A program made the position numbers and the translations under genes. A DNA stretch of 64,000 nt from a virus, in the IMG/VR virus record IMGVR_UViG_3300029319_000005, positions 64,001-128,000 of that record. One strand, given 5' to 3'. This document shows, in pieces, positions 1-13,200 of the stretch. How positions within the stretch are numbered: the stretch's first letter is position 1; the number at the start of each line of letters is the position of its first letter. The notes under the pieces were generated by a model, which searched no databases, was not told where the DNA came from, and worked only from the letters and a program-made list of their open reading frames with translations.

Positions 1-2327
1 AAAACATATGCAAAAATTTGATAAACATATCTTTTACCGAATTTTACTTGAGTATCTACATATCGAACGTACTCGTCTGTGCTCTCTTGTCCCGCTAGTG
101 GTGGAGGGGTCAAAAAGAACCTTTGGACTATATTGCTTCGGTTAATCGGAATTCTTCTTCCTCGATCATCTTTTTGAACTTCATATTTTTCAATCCCAAA
201 AAACAATGTCTCTACAAAACATTTCTTACCCTCTATGATATCTCTAAAGTCCCTTCTAACAATTTTTAAATTCGGAGTTTCATAAAGCTCCTTGTGAGTT
301 TTAATTGTCATTGGAAAATCAATAGTTACTTCTTCTCCTCTAGGTAAGAAAAAATCTTCGTCTGTATCGGAAAAAAAAGTTTTCGATGTTCTTTTCATAA
401 TCCCAGTGTAGTTATCAACAATTGTACCAGAAGAATTAACACTGTCTGCATTGAGAACTAATTGAACAACGTCCTCTAAATTTACAGAGTGAAGCTTTGT
501 ATGGTTCGTTCTGTGTCCGTATTGTTCTTTTTGTAAAATACTCGCTTGCCTAACAAAATTAGGTGTTTTGGCACTAGGAGATATAACCGTTGGGTCGTTT
601 TCTTGTTCATTTATTGGCGTTGGACCGCCGCTAATAATATCAATTGCGTCCACCGTGGCTCTCATAAACGGATCTGCAAAGTTCATTGACATTATTTTTT
701 GCATTAGGCCCGCCTGGGTATTAGACCCAACGCTTTTGGAAGATAGCAGCGATTCAAGAGAATTCCCATTTTGTGCCAATGGATGAAATGCTGTCTCTAC
801 CGGATACCTAAATTTAATTTCCACGCTCATCGGAAATGCAGCGCCAGGATTTGATAGTTTAGTATTTTTCTGTCCAATATTCAAAGAATTTCTAAGTGTA
901 AAGTCCATATCTCCAAAGTATTGTTCAATTTCAGAGTTGTTAAAAGAAAAATAATCAAACACGGCATTGTTTAAAAGCGAGTTAAGTGCGTCTGGAGAAA
1001 GGGTACTGGCTTTTTGTTTGTGCAATGCATTATCTAGTTCGGACTGTATGTGTCCACTTTCGGCCAAAAATCTATTCCTATTTTTAGCGACTTGGCTTAA
1101 AACTTCATAGCCACTAGCCTCATCTACAGTATTATTTTTTTCCTCTTGTAGCGCCTGCTGTTGATACGCTGATGCCGCTTTTGACCACTCCCTCAAATAA
1201 TCAATTACAGATCCATCTCTTATCAAAGAAAAAGAAATCTTGCCGCCTAAACTAGTGTAGTCTACATAATCTGCTCCATACAGCTTTTCAAACACTTGAA
1301 TAGAATTTATGACATTTTTTGTGGTATCAAGTATGGGCGTGATTTTTTCACTCCCACCACCGGCAGTCACATTTGAGTAAAAGTCATTATCAAGAACAAA
1401 GTTTGCATATTCATAATCGTAAGGGCTCGGCAAGATGTGTTCTACTCTGTCTCCGGAAGTCTTTAAAGCAAGACTAAGGCCATTTACGCTAGATATGCTA
1501 GTGCTTGAATCACTCAAGCCGATAACAGCGTCTTCGTATTCTTTCAAATAATAATGGTAGCGAAACTTGACATCAGCGTCTAGCGCTTGCGTTGTTATAT
1601 TTGCGGCAGCAAGGCCATCTTTTGAATATGGTGTAGAATATTCAAAAGAGTGATCTTCAATAAATGGCGCGTCTTCTTTAATAGTTGCAGAGAAACCAAA
1701 GGTTTCTGCACTTCCCTCCGAATTAGCAAGCTCTATAATATCTTCTAAAGTAACCAGGCCTTGCGTTGCTTTTTCTGGATCGGCCTGTCCGTTTATATTT
1801 CCTATATTCATATTATAGCCACCCTGCGTGACCGTTGCTAAATCATAGGGAAGCTTGTACTTGTTCTGGTCTTCTATTAAAGAGCTAGCTAAAACTTTGC
1901 CTTCACTATCCAGTTCATAAGAAAGCCATTTTTGTCTCAAAGATAAAGTAAATTTTTCTTCTAAATTAGATATTAATCCATTATTAAAATTAAAAAATTG
2001 ATCGGAAACTACGTTTACATCGCTACCATAGCTATAAAATCTCCAGTAGTCAGACTGTATTTCTGAAAGACTCTGTGCGCTATACACTGCCTCATCAAGA
2101 GAAAAGTTTTTATACACAAGCTTTTCCATGTATTCACCAACAATGCTCGAACCTTCAAGACCATTGTTTAGCGGTGGTAAATCAATTTCTTCGATCTGCT
2201 GGAGTCCGAAAGGACTAGGATCATAATAATACGATCTAAATTCTATCCTTAGCGGTTCTCTAACAATTCCTCCGCAAGCGTCTATGTTGTAGTAGCAATT
2301 TTTTTTAGAAAATTTTATTGAACTCAT
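1..2327 (-). CDS. Large putative virion structural protein, truncated by the window edge (absent from the ORF track)
   Basis: ATG at 2327 (MSSIKFSKKNCYYNIDACGG...) lies 10 nt after the previous stop. The frame at the left edge matches (...YVDTQVKFGKRYVYQIFAYV). I translated both ends, not every internal codon. It lies in the structural operon. Confidence 0.75.
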   Translation of the reverse strand, partial: MSSIKFSKKNCYYNIDACGGIVREPLRIEFRSYYYDPSPFGLQQIEEIDLPPLNNGLEGSSIVGEYMEKLVYKNFSLDEAVYSAQSLSEIQSDYWRFYSYGSDVNVVSDQFFNFNNGLISNLEEKFTLSLRQKWLSYELDSEGKVLASSLIEDQNKYKLPYDLATVTQGGYNMNIGNINGQADPEKATQGLVTLEDIIELANSEGSAETFGFSATIKEDAPFIEDHSFEYSTPYSKDGLAAANITTQALDADVKFRYHYYLKEYEDAVIGLSDSSTSISSVNGLSLALKTSGDRVEHILPSPYDYEYANFVLDNDFYSNVTAGGGSEKITPILDTTKNVINSIQVFEKLYGADYVDYTSLGGKISFSLIRDGSVIDYLREWSKAASAYQQQALQEEKNNTVDEASGYEVLSQVAKNRNRFLAESGHIQSELDNALHKQKASTLSPDALNSLLNNAVFDYFSFNNSEIEQYFGDMDFTLRNSLNIGQKNTKLSNPGAAFPMSVEIKFRYPVETAFHPLAQNGNSLESLLSSKSVGSNTQAGLMQKIMSMNFADPFMRATVDAIDIISGGPTPINEQENDPTVISPSAKTPNFVRQASILQKEQYGHRTNHTKLHSVNLEDVVQLVLNADSVNSSGTIVDNYTGIMKRTSKTFFSDTDEDFFLPRGEEVTIDFPMTIKTHKELYETPNLKIVRRDFRDIIEGKKCFVETLFFGIEKYEVQKDDRGRRIPINRSNIVQRFFLTPPPLAGQESTDEYVRYVDTQVKFGKRYVYQIFAYV

Positions 2328-2337
2328 TTATTTTGCT

Positions 2338-5300
2338 TTAAACAGTGAAAGTATCTTCTGGCATGATTTTAATTCCGCCGCCCATCAAATCGCTGTCGTC
2401 TCCATTTATTGTGCTGTTTATAGTACTCAACATTTCGTCCTGCTTTGAAAAGGCACTTTGAAGTGATTGCACTTGTGCTTGATTAAAGTTTTCATTTGTA
2501 ATTTTAAAATACTCATCATAAATAGGCAGTTGTAACAAATTGATTTTTTTGATATTGAACTCCGGCAATTCATAGCTTCTAATTCTACATAGAGTGTTTT
2601 CAATTGCGTTGGAGGAGACCCTAGTCAAATCTAGCGGTGCCCACAACTCTTTGCTGACATTGGGGGTGCCGGACTCGTCAAGCTCGTATCCAGAAAGATA
2701 CTCAATTATAACTAAATTTTTATACAATAATGCATAAGCGCCAAAGTTTTTAGCACTATTCAGCGCCGTGTCATTGTTGCCTAGATTATTTTTTTTCACT
2801 AAATTAGAATTGACCATGTTAAACATCAAAGATTTAACTTGATTTGGTAACAATCTAGTGGATTTTGCTACCTGATCTTTTGAGCTATCCACAGAAAATC
2901 CTGGCTTTGCTATAGCAGAATCGGAACTGTTAATATCATAATAAGACATACTATCTTCACTATAGTCTAGATCAGAATTTGCAGCAACAGAGAACATAAA
3001 TAAAGATTCTTTTGATTTTTTTATTTTTAACTCATCTTTTTTAATATTTGAAAAAGATTTTTTAGTTTTAGAATCATTAGTAAAAATTTTAAATTCTTTC
3101 TTTTTTTCTAAGCTTGTTGCCGTAACAACAACACTACCATCAGAAAAAAGATCTTTTATATAAGCATCTATTGATTTCTTTTCATCATTGATTTTATTTA
3201 AAGATATTTTGTTTGTTTTATTATATTTTATAATTTTAGATACGACTTCATTGTATTGGTCCAAATTTATTTTTGCGACATTAACATTTAAATTATCAAA
3301 CAATGGCTTGTCATCATAAGAATTAAAAATTATAGATTGTGTTTTCTTCTCCCCTCCGGGTGTTTGTTTTTGTTTTATTTTTACTTGAGACATTTTTATC
3401 AGTGCAGGTGTCAAAAAAGTATATTTAGTTCTTTCTATAGAGTCATTAGGATTTATTGTTTCTCCCGAATCTTGTGGAATTAGCGTGTTTGAGAACGCCC
3501 CATCATCATCGGCTGAGTCTTGGACAAAGTACTTTTCGGTCTCTAAGTTGATTCTTTCTAAAAATTCTTGCTTGCTTAGATTTCTACTCGGACCATAATT
3601 TATTCCTACCTCTGCTGCTTTCCCGGCTACGGTTGATAGTTTTTGTGCAGATGATAAATATTCGTATCCGTAATATGTTGAATCGGCACCTATTATATCT
3701 TTAAAAAAATGAGAAAATTTAATTTCTTTAGTGCTCTTTAAAGACTTGTTGTTGGATTTTTGTGGTGTACCAGTTGAGTTCCCAGGCTTTTTTGATAGAT
3801 AAGAATTAGAATATGATTGTAATTTACTTGTAGTCGTGTCAATAATATTGATTAATTTTTCTATTCCATCGGGATTTCCAGAGATGGGTAAAGAAATATT
3901 TTTAAGAAAACTAACTACATTCTGTATGTCAAGAGACTTGTTGCCAATAGACAAGACAACCATTAGATCCATAATCGAATCTTTAATAATTTTACTATTA
4001 GATTCAGTATTTATAAATTCAGGACTATAACATAATGACGAATAATTATACTCTTTTTCTGCATTTGATTTGAGAGCAAGTAAGTCCTTTACTCTTTTAG
4101 ATAGCTGCTTCAATAGTACTTTTATTTTTGAACTAGTTAGATCTATAATAGTTCCTTCGACTCCATACTGATACTTTGCACCTTCGGCTTGTTCTAGCTC
4201 ATCATGAAAATCAAAAGTTTTTACAAAATTGTTTAGCTTTACATCATTGAACATGGTTGTCACTGTAGAGAACTTATTGTCTGTGTTCCCTGTCCCGAAG
4301 GCTTTATTAGGGTTTTTATATTCTCTAACAACTTCTGTTGGGGATACTACAACAACTTCTCCATCATTTATTTCAACTTTTCTTCTGGTTATCTTTAATG
4401 AGGCCAAAGAAGCAAAGTCTTTAAGATCTAGCATGGAGTCGTCGAAATGATTTGAAAAAGATATGTAACTTTTTAATAAATTATTAGTATTCATAGAAAA
4501 GTAACCAGTCGTAGAATCGTAGTATGTTCTCGAAAAGTAACCTCTAGAGAATATAGATTTTTTAAAAGTGTCTCCAGCAAAATTAATTTTATTATACGAA
4601 ACAGAATTTATTTCATTTAAAAGTCTAAAATCTTTTATTTTTGTATTTGGAATCCCAGTAGCACTCAAATATTGACTATTGCTAGAGTGCGATATGCCAG
4701 TCATCGGTCTATTCATATTTGCGCCCATAAAGTGGACTGCTCCCGACCAAACAACCCCGGATGCCTTTCCGGGTTGGTTCAAAATATACGCCGTAGCAGT
4801 TCTGCTGACTTGTCCTCCGTTGATCACAACTTCTCTTTTTATCAAAGAATTTCGCTTATCAAGTTTTGAAAACAATGTATTTGTAGAAGAAGCTTGATAA
4901 AGTTTACCAGTAATTTTTGGAATAAAGAAATATTCAAGAGTTTCAGGCTCTGCGCTATCAACGATAAACTCAAATTCCATCGGTATCTCGTATAAATTAG
5001 CTCCATTGTCTTTTCTTACAAAAAACTTCTGTAGCTGGGTCATATTAAACTTAAGCCCCATTGCGGCTAGGGACGTTTTAATATTTATAAGATGTTCTTT
5101 TTTATTTTTTTGATTAAATGTTTTTAATTCTTGGGAAGATACAATGGTTTTTTCAGTTAAGACCTCTGGAATTAACTCACTGTCTGTAATTTGCACTACT
5201 TTTAAATATAAATTTTGAGTTGTAGATTTCGTAAACCATTTAGCAAACTTATTTCCTCTATCTTTCAACACTACTTTAATATTTACTTTTGTTTGCTGTC

Positions 5301-5376
5301 CAAGATTAAATAAGCTAATCTCCTTGACGCCAAACTCCGGGAACGGTCCATTTCCTGCCGATGTCATTATAGCCAT
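2338..5376 (-). CDS. Large hypothetical protein, probably virion-associated (~1012 aa)
   Basis: Long ORF. Likely start is ATG 5376, overlapping the upstream TAA (TAATG). No catalytic motif recognised. Confidence 0.7.
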   Translation of the reverse strand: MAIMTSAGNGPFPEFGVKEISLFNLGQQTKVNIKVVLKDRGNKFAKWFTKSTTQNLYLKVVQITDSELIPEVLTEKTIVSSQELKTFNQKNKKEHLINIKTSLAAMGLKFNMTQLQKFFVRKDNGANLYEIPMEFEFIVDSAEPETLEYFFIPKITGKLYQASSTNTLFSKLDKRNSLIKREVVINGGQVSRTATAYILNQPGKASGVVWSGAVHFMGANMNRPMTGISHSSNSQYLSATGIPNTKIKDFRLLNEINSVSYNKINFAGDTFKKSIFSRGYFSRTYYDSTTGYFSMNTNNLLKSYISFSNHFDDSMLDLKDFASLASLKITRRKVEINDGEVVVVSPTEVVREYKNPNKAFGTGNTDNKFSTVTTMFNDVKLNNFVKTFDFHDELEQAEGAKYQYGVEGTIIDLTSSKIKVLLKQLSKRVKDLLALKSNAEKEYNYSSLCYSPEFINTESNSKIIKDSIMDLMVVLSIGNKSLDIQNVVSFLKNISLPISGNPDGIEKLINIIDTTTSKLQSYSNSYLSKKPGNSTGTPQKSNNKSLKSTKEIKFSHFFKDIIGADSTYYGYEYLSSAQKLSTVAGKAAEVGINYGPSRNLSKQEFLERINLETEKYFVQDSADDDGAFSNTLIPQDSGETINPNDSIERTKYTFLTPALIKMSQVKIKQKQTPGGEKKTQSIIFNSYDDKPLFDNLNVNVAKINLDQYNEVVSKIIKYNKTNKISLNKINDEKKSIDAYIKDLFSDGSVVVTATSLEKKKEFKIFTNDSKTKKSFSNIKKDELKIKKSKESLFMFSVAANSDLDYSEDSMSYYDINSSDSAIAKPGFSVDSSKDQVAKSTRLLPNQVKSLMFNMVNSNLVKKNNLGNNDTALNSAKNFGAYALLYKNLVIIEYLSGYELDESGTPNVSKELWAPLDLTRVSSNAIENTLCRIRSYELPEFNIKKINLLQLPIYDEYFKITNENFNQAQVQSLQSAFSKQDEMLSTINSTINGDDSDLMGGGIKIMPEDTFTV

Positions 5377-7223
5377 TAACAAATACTCCCTGGATCTTCC
5401 GTGTCATTTCCATATATATTTATTCTGTTAGGTGCAGGTGTAGCATCAGGCTTCAAAAGCTTATCGACACGAATATTTTTAAGCCTATCTTTATACTTTG
5501 CAAACAATCGACTGTCTATTTCTTCATCAACAAAAATATTCATAAAATATTCTACGTTATTTTCGCCTACCGGTTTAGAAGATATTTCTTCTTCTTCGGG
5601 CACATATAAGAATCCTGATTCTTTTTCGGCATCGCTTTGAGAAAAATATAGTCTCCTAAGCGTTTTTGACGCTGGGTCCTCGTCCCAATTAACAAGCGAT
5701 GTTAATACACCAGCAGTAAATAATGTTCCTTGTACAGCGTGATCTTTTGTATAGACTTCAGTAAACCCAGTTTGATCTAATATGAACTGGTAATTGCTTG
5801 TAGCACCTATCTGTTTAAATGTGGCTACAATACCGCCCGAAACTGTATATTGCGTCTGGTTAAAGGATTGGATGCTTTTAGCAATTGATTCAGCCAAATC
5901 CGCGTTTGTAGTAACATCGCTAGTGCCTATTATGTTTGCAGTTGAATCAGCCTTCGCTACCGAAGTATCTATAGTGGCGCTGTATAGAACGCCATCGTAT
6001 GTGGTAAATTTAAGGGTTTGTCCATTAGAAAGACTACCAACTCCACTAACTATGAACGTTGCGCTCGCTGGCTTTTCATTATTCTCCATTTCAAAAACTT
6101 CAATATCAAAATTTTCATTTTCGAAATAAGTATTTTTTTCATCTATTATTAAAAGTAAATAATCGTTTTTGATTCTCAACTTAAGACCATCTATCAATTG
6201 TTGCGTCTGTACAATATCTTCTTCAAGTAAATTTATAGTCTTTTTATCATCTAGGATTGCTCTAACATTAATATCTGCTGTAATTTGTGGTATCGACAAG
6301 TCTCCGTATGTGTAATATTTTGTATTGAAAGAGTCTAGCTCTTTGTTGCCTGGTGTAAAAGCAACTAAATTCATCGTTAGCGACCTAGTGTTTATTTCTT
6401 TTTGGTTTAAAGATAAAATATCCCATGCAGGCATTTTTTGATTTTTTAGTTCCATCGATCCTAAAGGCAGACCTTCATAATAAATATCGTGGTCAAAGAC
6501 TCTCCTCGTTCCTCCCATTTCTATTGATTCAAATTGAGTTTCGAATATGGGATAATATTTTTTTTGAGATAGCGGCCATTGGTAATATTTTGTGATTATA
6601 TACTTTGGGTCTTTGACTTCTGGCGGGGTCCCTGTGAGAGCCTTTTTATGGTATTCTTTAAGAGCTTTTTCAACATCAAAATTAGTTTCTACGGTAGTCT
6701 GAGACTCATAGCCGGACAGCGTATATGTCTTTTTAAATAGCCCTAGCCCCTCCTCCTTTTGTTTGGTAACAATATAATTCACTTTTGAAACCCAATCGCC
6801 AAATCCGTTTGGATAAAAAGGCCAATCAGTAAATTTAAATTCCTTCACGGCTGCAATTTTTGTTTCCATACCGATAGATTCAATTTTTTCTTCAAATCCA
6901 ACATGATTTTGAACTGCCGCGCTCATCAAAAAGCTCTCTTCTCCTTCCTCTATCTCTCCTAAATTATAGGCACTGCCATAATTATATTGGGCTTTTCCTC
7001 TAACGGATTCCTTAATTCTAGTAGAGATGCCATTCTGCCTCTCAGCTACGGCCCCAGCAACACTAGTAGGATCTGTCGGTGTTGAGTATTGTGTATCATA
7101 AACGATGTCATCATCAAAAAAAGCGTACTTCTTCGGCTTGAACTTTCCTTTAGACAATAGCAGTTTGCCATATTGAGTTAGTTCAATATCTATAACTTCT
7201 TCTTTTCTATTGAAGAATGTCAT
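5376..7223 (-). CDS. Putative baseplate/tail-associated structural protein
   Basis: 615 aa. The N-terminal 'IELTQYGKLLLSKGKF..YAFFDDDIVYD' resembles the LTxxG baseplate-attachment N-terminus of tail-fibre/wedge proteins. ATGA-coupled to the upstream gene. Confidence 0.55.
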   Translation of the reverse strand: MTFFNRKEEVIDIELTQYGKLLLSKGKFKPKKYAFFDDDIVYDTQYSTPTDPTSVAGAVAERQNGISTRIKESVRGKAQYNYGSAYNLGEIEEGEESFLMSAAVQNHVGFEEKIESIGMETKIAAVKEFKFTDWPFYPNGFGDWVSKVNYIVTKQKEEGLGLFKKTYTLSGYESQTTVETNFDVEKALKEYHKKALTGTPPEVKDPKYIITKYYQWPLSQKKYYPIFETQFESIEMGGTRRVFDHDIYYEGLPLGSMELKNQKMPAWDILSLNQKEINTRSLTMNLVAFTPGNKELDSFNTKYYTYGDLSIPQITADINVRAILDDKKTINLLEEDIVQTQQLIDGLKLRIKNDYLLLIIDEKNTYFENENFDIEVFEMENNEKPASATFIVSGVGSLSNGQTLKFTTYDGVLYSATIDTSVAKADSTANIIGTSDVTTNADLAESIAKSIQSFNQTQYTVSGGIVATFKQIGATSNYQFILDQTGFTEVYTKDHAVQGTLFTAGVLTSLVNWDEDPASKTLRRLYFSQSDAEKESGFLYVPEEEEISSKPVGENNVEYFMNIFVDEEIDSRLFAKYKDRLKNIRVDKLLKPDATPAPNRINIYGNDTEDPGSIC

Positions 7224-10200
7224 TCTTTTTTGTCTCCCTCAATCTCAACAGCGGCCTCTATCTGTCCTAGCTCAACCAATGAGAAGAAATCGTATGGCCA
7301 GTTATAACTATGTTTGTAATCTTTTTCTGATGATTTGAACAAGAACTTAAATCTATCGTCGTCTTTAGAATCGGCAGTGATCTTGAAATAATTGTTTTCA
7401 GCCCTTCTCTTTACTTTAAACACCATCCATCTAGTTTCAGGCGGTAGCGGCATACCGCCAAAAAATTCATGCTTATTCATGGCATGTTCAATAGTAACGT
7501 CTTGCTTTTCTGCTGTTATTGAAATTTTAGGCATAACGCCTTGCCAAATGTCCGCCAAATCTCTTTGGTCCAATACATGATTAAATTCAAAGATATACAT
7601 TGCAAATGGGTCTTTATCTAAATCTTTATCTGTAAAGTCTAGCTGCGGCGGTATTACATATTTTTGCATCTTTTCATACATGTCAGTAATACTAGTTTGT
7701 TGAATATTGTCTGCGCCATCTTCTGTGCTGCCTTTTTCTACTGCGATACCTTTAGATATTTTAAGCTCTGTTTGGTACCTATATTCATCTGTGTCTATCT
7801 TAAAGAACGACTTGCCAAGATACTCAACTGTATCTAGACCAGTAAGTTCCGGACTATCTACAAAGGGAATTGCCACGATCGCTTCCGATATTTTTTTGCT
7901 CTCCGCTATTTTTCCGACTCTCTCTTTACTAGTTTGAAAGCCAACCACTTCCAGTAGAGATTCTTGATCGCTGACATTCGAAAGCCCAGTAAATATTCCC
8001 GTTGTATCATCCGGTATTTTACCATAGCCAGCCCAGACGCCAACGCCTTCATCAACGCTGTAAGAGGCGGAAAAATTCAAGGCCGGACATTCCCACTTAG
8101 TTCCAATTGACCAAACATCAAAGGAGGAATCGCTAGGCGTTTCAAAAGTGTTGGGGAGATAGTTGCCATCTGGCCCCAAGCCTGTAGAATAATTTACTTT
8201 TTGAACCCTCGTTGTACCAAAAAGATTCATTGAGGCACTAATTTCCATTTTATTTCTTGTAACATTATCATTATATTGACCAGTGAGTGCGGGATTGGCA
8301 TTTGTATACGATGCAGTCACGCCTGCTATAATCTCTTCTAAAGTATATTTTTTAGTTTCAAAACACTGAAATGTAAGCGTTGCCTGTGATAGTCCATAAA
8401 AATATGGTGGCGTGTGCGGCGCATACGCTGGATCATCGAATCCAGATAATACAGAGTTACTCTCCGAATGATAACTGCTCGACATTGGAGGTCCGTATAG
8501 TGCGCCCCTAGCGCGGCCCCTAATAGCAGACGCATCAGTGTTTTCACTTAGCTTCATGTCGTTTGTTTTATACATGTTGACTTTCATACCGTAGGTAGAT
8601 CCGGACTTCATTGTTTTAAATTGGCTCTCTTGAGCAGAATAAAAATTTGTTAGCTGCTGGTCTTTTAAGAAGAACTTTACTGTTTCTCCTAAAAAGTTAT
8701 GCATGGCTAATTCGAAGTTAGGCTTCTTTTCAAACATCCAGTTGGCATAAGGATAGGAACCTGTTGCACTAGGCTCTCCCAAAAAAATATTAGTTTGTGT
8801 TGCCGAAGAAGTTCCAAACGCTGTGACGTCTTTAATTGTCGGCGGGAGGTGCCTAACAATGTCTACTAGGCCTTCAAACGGGAATCTCATATCATAGTCA
8901 TCACTATAGCCAATAAGCTGTTGTTGGATTGACGATGCTCCATTAGGATATGCGGTGCTACCAGTTTTAGCCTCAGTATAAAACGGAAAGTCGACAGCCA
9001 CTGCCGACTTAATGCTATTAAACAATATTCCTGGTGCCACAAAAAGTCGGTTAATTGAATTTAAACGCTCCGTGTCTGGGTTATTTGAATTTTCATTTGA
9101 TCCACTCAAATAAGGACCAAGGGATTGCGAAAGCAAGGAGGCTAACTGAAGAGTTCTGGTTGAAGGGTAAAATCCATTGTAGGGAAGAAGCTTTTTAACT
9201 CCTCTACAAGTCATTTTAATTCTACTTGGCTTGCCTATTTCTTCATTTATATGGTCTTCTTGAACAACATCAAAATATTTCATAAAATCAGAATTAGAAT
9301 AGATATCAAAGAAATTGTCATTAAAGTCAGCAAATTCGCCATTCGCACTAGAGGTGTGTGCCGCTCCATCTAGACTAAGAAATTTATTGTTTGTTCCAAT
9401 AAAAGAAGAGCTTTGATTGTTTAGATAAAAGTCCATATGATCTGATATTCTAAATTCCGGCAGTACCGCATAATCTTTCGCTATCCTTCTTATATCTTCC
9501 GAATAATCCTCATAGCTGTTAAACCAAGGATTTTTTCCTGCAAGGACATTTGTACGATAGCCCGGTGGTCTGATATAAGCATCAGCATAAACCTTGTGAT
9601 TTATTGCTCTTCTATACATGGCAGCAGAAGCAGAGACGTGATAACCATACATAGGAGCGTTAAATCCGGACGGGAAGATACCGTCATCCACCGAGCCCGT
9701 GGGGTTAACAAATGGATAGTGTACAAGTTCTCCTACTGCTCCGTTTATATCGGACAGGTCTATTGGGAATCCGTTCAGACCGTCTATTTCAGAAACATCA
9801 CCACAGTCTACGGGCCAAACACTAAGTATCCTACTCTGATTATTATATACTGTATATCCTTGGGAATTTAAAGCGGTGCCCGCTGTTCTTTCTCTTTGAA
9901 ATAATGAATCTCGCCAAAAAGTCCTACGATTTATACGATCAAACCCATTCTCTCCTGTTCCAGGAAGTTCCGTATAGTTTTGTCGGCCTCTAATTTTTCC
10001 TAGATAGGCGTTGACGGAGCGTGGGTAAATTGTCTCTTTATATTCTAGAGATAATAATTCAGAGATAGGATTGTCGTCTCCCAAGTCTTTATTAGTATAT
10101 ATCTTGTACAGCTTATCATAAGGCTGTGTTGGCTTATTATTTTCTGCCCCCAATGCGTTGTTTAAGTCAACCGAAGCAAACTTGGATATATTGTTAGCAT

Positions 10201-13200
10201 AACTGTGTTTAATATCAAAATTAGCCTCATTGCCATCGTAATCTTTTGTAGCAACCTTGTGTGTAATTGGTTTAAAACTAGTAATAACAGGCGGCTCTGT
10301 AAAAGAGGTCAGTTGCCGCACATTGGTCGCGCTATTGTGAGATACTTTTTCTTTTCCAGAAGCGCCCGACCACTTATATTTCGATTTAGCGAAGAAGTCA
10401 TTCATTGCTGCAAAGGTGGAGATTCTATTATTTTTTACCATGTTCCTCACCAGCGGATTAGTTGAATTATTGATTTGCTTCCAGCTAACAAATCCATACG
10501 GACCATTTTGATGAAGTAGCAAGGCATTTAAAAGATCTGACGAGTTTAATGAAGCGATAGAAGTATTTAATGACGCCGTGCTCACAGCATTTGTCCCAGT
10601 TAATAATGGTGCGTTTATAAGAGTATTTAATCCAACAAAATCAACAACATGGCTGTCTACCGACGTCTGGCTTGCGCTCAAGAACTTAAACTGTGATATT
10701 TCGCCGCTAGAGCTTGATACGAAGCCTATTGGATTCGCAAATCCATAGGGCGCGCTGTTTATATCAAACATGGATGAAGTAATCCAATTATAGTTTCTAT
10801 CGCTTTGAGGTATTTGATGTGTTACATTATCGTTATCAAATATAGCACCAGAAAGCACCGTTGGATTGACTGGCGGCATATAGCTTGTTTCTATAACAGT
10901 AACATTCTTTCTAGCGTTTCTATTAACTTTATGATAAGACGCTGTAACTAGTGGCGAATATGCATCTCCCGAAACAAAGCTGCCTGTTTGAATTCCATAC
11001 AATAAAGAGTGCAAAGCTCCGCTAACGTTCAAAGCTGTTCTGACAGTCGAATTCCTATAATTTAGCTGGTTATATACCGAGTAAGTTTCAGACGCAGGGT
11101 CTAGATAACCTTTAGTGAGAACCTCTTTTCCGCCAGGCGACGAGAATCTCTCAGCTATAACTGTCTTATTGGAGCCGGTAGCTCTATCCGGCAATGCGAA
11201 ATTTAAATTACCAGTAAGAGTAAACACTTCGGGGTATTGATTGCTTACACCCCCTAGTCCTGTAGATCCGGACTTAAACCACAGGTTATTGATATCTCGA
11301 CCCGTAGTCATAACTAATTCGTAATTTCTTTCAAAATTACCCATAGTCCTAGTTGGTGTTGTAAAGTTTAAGTTACCAGTTATAGCAGAGCCGCTAGTTG
11401 CATAAAATGGCCTATTTGTAATATTGACAGGCCTTTTAACACCAGGCAGCCTTATTCTAGTGCCCCTAGCAAAGTTTGTGTTGATACTGTCGACAGGCAC
11501 AACGGTAATTTGATTTGAAGCAAGAACGATATTGTAGCCTTCTGGCCTATTGTACGCCGTGTTAAAATTCCCAGCTTCGTCTAGTTTATTAGGAGCGACA
11601 TTTCTATATTGGTACCCTCCTACAAATCTTTCTGTAAACGGCCCTTGCAGCGGAGTTTCGAATTCATTATTTGAAAAATCATTACCAAAGTTTATTTGTG
11701 TACTGCTTAAAGACACACCCAGCGAAGCCAGATACCCACCTAAAGAGGCCCCACTATCATATTCATAGCTCGCACTATAAAAAGCAAATGGTAAAACAGA
11801 GTCACTGCCGCTAGCAAGGTAAGCGTCTGGTTCGTTGTCGATATTGACTTCGACTATCTTTCTCTTGGTCAACAACTCTGTGGGAATAATTTCTTCTATA
11901 TAAGTTTTTGTTGAATCCGATACATTAGAATTATTAATAACAAACTGTTTATTCGACGCAAAAGATAAAACCTTTGAAGCTATAGACATTCCTTTTTTAT
12001 TCGTTGGCATTCTAACGCCACCGGCTATTTCTTTTGATTTTATGCTTGTGTTAAAAACAAACGGCTTGTTTTGCAAATCCTGGTTGCCGCTCTGATAAAC
12101 AGTAAATAATTTTTGTCTAACAACATCTAATACAGCGTCACCAGTTTTCGCATACTTTGTTTTATCGACTTTATTCTTCCACCACAAAATATGAAAATCT
12201 TGGTCAGTACTTGGTGGGGAATTAAGCTTGGGTCCAGCCAAGAATGCATTCGGTTTTGCCGAAAAGCCTTCGTACTGTTCAACCAATAGTGGTGGGATGG
12301 CTATATTTCCGTCATTGCTAGTCGTGTCGAGATTAGGCTGCAACTGTCCCGATGATGCCGGTTCAGCAAATTTAGAATCAATTGTTGGAAATTTATTTCT
12401 GTACTTATTTCTTTCAAGAGCGTGGCTTTCAATAACTGTTTTGATCCCTCTGCTAACCCCAGAAGAGGCGGGAACTAGATTAAGAATCATGTCACCAAGT
12501 GCCTTATCTATCCATTTAAAATAATCAATAAACTTTTCTACGTCAGGAGTGTTCCCCAGTCTTTCAAAGAAAATTTGTTTTAAAAATGCTAGCCTTTTAT
12601 AGTTCTGTCTATACCTCTCTTCTGTTCTTCCTATCAAAGCGCCATAGTCTCTAACAGAGGCAAAAAAGTTCATAATTTCTTCGGATAAATTATGATACAT
12701 ATTTTTTTCAATAGAAGTTATAAATTTTATTGGCTTCTGGTCTCTGTAAAGATTATCATCATCAAAAGATAAAATTGATACCATGTCTTCGGAATAAAGC
12801 AACTCAGGCAATTGTTTTTTAGAATCTTCTAGATATTCTACAGAAACAAATGAAGAAGTCGATGCGAGAAAGCCTCTACCAATTCCAGAGTTTGGCAAAT
12901 TTACAACATTCCCAAGCCAACCATATTCTTCTTTAAGATCACTAGACCCAGAGGTTATATCATAAACAGCGAAGCCTCCGGCAGCGTCTGATCCGGTAAC
13001 AAGCTCGAAATTCCAATCAAGAGCAAGAGTTTTTATTTTTGGAATAAAAACATTTGTTGATCCACTATTAGAGGTCGATCCTGTTTGAAAAACAAATGCA
13101 TTATTTGCTGGCTGTCTAGTTCCGTAGTTGCTTGCATCTATTGCATGTGATTTAATCTCCTCATTGCTAAGATGAGACATCCATGCCTTTACTGAAGAAA

